Assembly (NCBI GenBank): GCA_963739305.1
Contig: CAVTZU010000009.1
Location: 1-64,000 of the forward strand
Reading direction: 5' to 3'
From: Candidatus Bathyarchaeota archaeon
GTDB lineage: Archaea > Thermoproteota > Bathyarchaeia > Bathyarchaeales > Bathycorpusculaceae
DNA length: 64,000 nt
This document shows, piece by piece, positions 61,933 to 64,000 of the stretch. The notes beneath the pieces are model-generated. The model was not told where the DNA came from. It did not search any database and saw only the letters and a program-made list of their open reading frames with translations. Each line of letters opens with the position of its first letter. Position 1 is the first letter of the stretch. A program made the position numbers and the translations under genes.

Positions 61933-62595
61933 ATGCGAAAGATGAACCCAAAACGCAGTGAAGACGAAATAACTGCTGGGCACTGGCTCAAGGAAACGCA
62001 GAAGGGCTACATACGTATTGCGGCGCTGATTCTTCTAAGCAAAAGGCCGTATCACGGCTATGAAATAATGAGAGAGATCAAAGAAAGAACCATGGGTTTT
62101 TGGAGACCCACCGCTGGCGGCATCTATCCCATACTTCGAAACCTAGAAGATTCCAGATACATCGAGGGAAAATGGGAGGTTCAGAAGAAAAGAAAAAGAA
62201 AGATATTTCGAATCACCGAGGCGGGCAAGCAGGTTTTACAGCGGTCTCTGGCCAAAGAGAATCAAATTGCCAATAGCATGACCGGCCTATTCACAGAATT
62301 CATGAAAAGCGTGTTGGACGTAGAGAAGACCGTTTCAATCCCAAGAATACCGAACCTTTTCTCAGTCTTCCTTGAAGAGAGAAAAGAAAAACCAGAAGAC
62401 ACGAAGAACGTCTTAGAAAGCAAGCGCAAACAGATTGAGAAAATGATAAAAGAGTTACAGAAAGAGCTAGCGGCAATCAACAGAAGAGTAGCCCAACTAG
62501 AACGTCTTGAACAGAAAACAATACATTTAGCAAGAGTTCAAGGTTCACACGATAACACGAGAATCACTGTTTTTGGAGCAACCGGTCGCGCATAA
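61933..62595 (+). CDS. PadR family regulator with a foreign C-terminal tail
   Basis: PYHGYEIM..I, PTAGGIYPIL..LE, RKIFRITEAG. Confidence 0.88.
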   Translation: MRKMNPKRSEDEITAGHWLKETQKGYIRIAALILLSKRPYHGYEIMREIKERTMGFWRPTAGGIYPILRNLEDSRYIEGKWEVQKKRKRKIFRITEAGKQVLQRSLAKENQIANSMTGLFTEFMKSVLDVEKTVSIPRIPNLFSVFLEERKEKPEDTKNVLESKRKQIEKMIKELQKELAAINRRVAQLERLEQKTIHLARVQGSHDNTRITVFGATGRA

Positions 62596-62624
62596 CTTAC
62601 ATACACCGGTTCTGCTAAGTTGAA

Positions 62625-63125
62625 TTATCTACTTTCCTGCAGGCGCGCACGCGCTTCAGCGATCTCGAGCGAGTGCAGGATTAGAATTAAAGCAAGAAAA
62701 GCCGTGAACCCCAGAATTATGGCTATTACAAGCATGAAACGTCCTGCTAGGCATATGTTGTTATACGCAGCAGGATACGATATCTCAAAGCCTACTAAGC
62801 CCACGCCTAAAAAACTAAACAGGAAAAATATTCCGGAAGCACAAATCAATCCGGCAAAGAGCAAAACTCCTCTTTTCCAATTATTTGCCGCATACGTCAG
62901 CCAGAAACCAATGCAAACGCACACGAGGACTGTCACCAAAAGCCCTACATCAATTGCCACACTGGGTCCTGGAGGAGCCTGATCAGACTGATATAGAATT
63001 GCATAGACGAGGAAAGAAGCGAGGATCACAAGCGCAATTAGCAGTGGTACGAGAATTGTTCTACGTTTTCTGTTCCCTGGTTCTGCCAACATGCTGAAAA
63101 CCTCCAGGGGGTCGCAACTATTCAT
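62625..63125 (-). CDS. Multi-TM hypothetical membrane protein
   Basis: Four hydrophobic segments. Confidence 0.65.
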   Translation of the reverse strand: MNSCDPLEVFSMLAEPGNRKRRTILVPLLIALVILASFLVYAILYQSDQAPPGPSVAIDVGLLVTVLVCVCIGFWLTYAANNWKRGVLLFAGLICASGIFFLFSFLGVGLVGFEISYPAAYNNICLAGRFMLVIAIILGFTAFLALILILHSLEIAEARARLQESR

Positions 63126-63391
63126 TTGAGGCTATGTTGTACAAGTGGCTGTCGGTGTGGAGCGCACGCGAAAATACTTTCTGAGAACGTCGAGGTTGTC
63201 ACCATAATACGTTAGCCAATAACTCAGCAAGACGCCTACACGCAAATACGTTTAAGAGTAAATTCGGATTATTTCAGACTAGAGGAGACAGATCATCTGG
63301 AGGACACAAACTCGGGATCATGCCTTTGTCTCTTCCTGATTTCACCCCGACAAAGAGAATGACCTGAACGATTCTGAGGAGAAATTGAAAT

Positions 63392-64000
63392 TTGCAGCTT
63401 ACAACCTTAGCAAAGGCAGCTTCTCGCTTCGTGAAAAACTCTGGAGAGGTGAAGTTTGCCCTCATCCAAGTTACAACGAGATGCAACGCGCGGTGCGTTG
63501 ACCGATGCGATATTTGGGCGCTGCCACCAATTGATATGAAACTGGACGATTTGACCTATGCAATAGATGTTTTGGCAAAGAACGGTTTTTCAATCATATA
63601 CTTCACAGGCGGCGAAACTGGATTATACCCGCACTTGGCTGAAGCAGTGGAGTACGCCAAGAGAAAGGGCATGATCACATCAATAACGACAAACGGCACC
63701 ATTTCTCAAGCTACTCTGAACAGACTGAGAAACAATCTGGATGTCCTGTCTGTCTCAGTAGACCATTACAAAGAAGGCTTGTGGGACAACGCAAAATGCA
63801 TCAGGGGAATATCAAAGAAAGCCAAGGAAACCATCCGAACGGCAAAAGCCTACGGAATAAAACTCTATGCCATTACTTTTCTTAATCCCGCTTGGACCGT
63901 CAAAGACGTGGAGCAAGTCGTTCGCTACGTAAATGAGGAACTGGGCGTCTCCTTCGCGTTGTCCTACCCTTATACCTCTTCAAACAAAGGGACATTCGTG
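63392..64000 (+). CDS. Radical SAM protein (runs off window)
   Basis: Manual translation: VTTRCNARCVDRCDIW, FTGGE, ITTNG, SVSVD; GAGGAG SD upstream. Confidence 0.85.
   Translation, partial: MQLTTLAKAASRFVKNSGEVKFALIQVTTRCNARCVDRCDIWALPPIDMKLDDLTYAIDVLAKNGFSIIYFTGGETGLYPHLAEAVEYAKRKGMITSITTNGTISQATLNRLRNNLDVLSVSVDHYKEGLWDNAKCIRGISKKAKETIRTAKAYGIKLYAITFLNPAWTVKDVEQVVRYVNEELGVSFALSYPYTSSNKGTFV

Noticed and set aside
245-63486. Numerous short antisense or overlapping ORFs in the track
   Set aside because: Shadow ORFs of well-supported genes, with no motifs of their own
1-64000. CRISPR array, rRNA or intact transposase
   Set aside because: No regularly spaced 25-45 bp repeats, rRNA-like sequence or transposase motifs seen

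Overview
Archaeal chromosomal segment, most likely Ca. Bathyarchaeia. This is inferred from Rpo12, GINS-MCM, RFC-S/L, Taw1/Trm5, translin, CARDB/dockerin surface proteins and frequent TTG/GTG starts. Core content includes a nucleotide-sugar operon with a full-length but catalytically degenerate dehydrogenase, tRNA-modification genes, large surface proteins (Ig-like glycoprotein, 1903-aa S8 protease with dockerin), glyA, ABC transporters, translin/EndoV, replication genes, glnA and tRNA-Leu(GAG). About a dozen single-base frameshifts, including in mcm and glnA, look like long-read indel errors. Two candidate undescribed systems stand out. (1) A ~5.4-kb island directly downstream of tRNA-Leu in which nine alternating (CG)4-5 runs separate single genes (serpin, divergent proteasome-alpha-like protein, TrmO, VOC) and cleanly cut gene fragments, suggesting a cassette/shuffling mechanism that uses CG-run junctions; similar junctions recur in other accessory patches. 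(2) A glutamate-node island between rfcS and gins containing two GDHs (one with a novel duplicated N-terminal domain), a stand-alone FMN glutamate-synthase-family protein, a Walker-A-less KaiC-like protein, an RHH-V4R-like regulator and a repeated RTGTWCAY candidate operator. All calls come from motif recognition by eye; no database searches were run.
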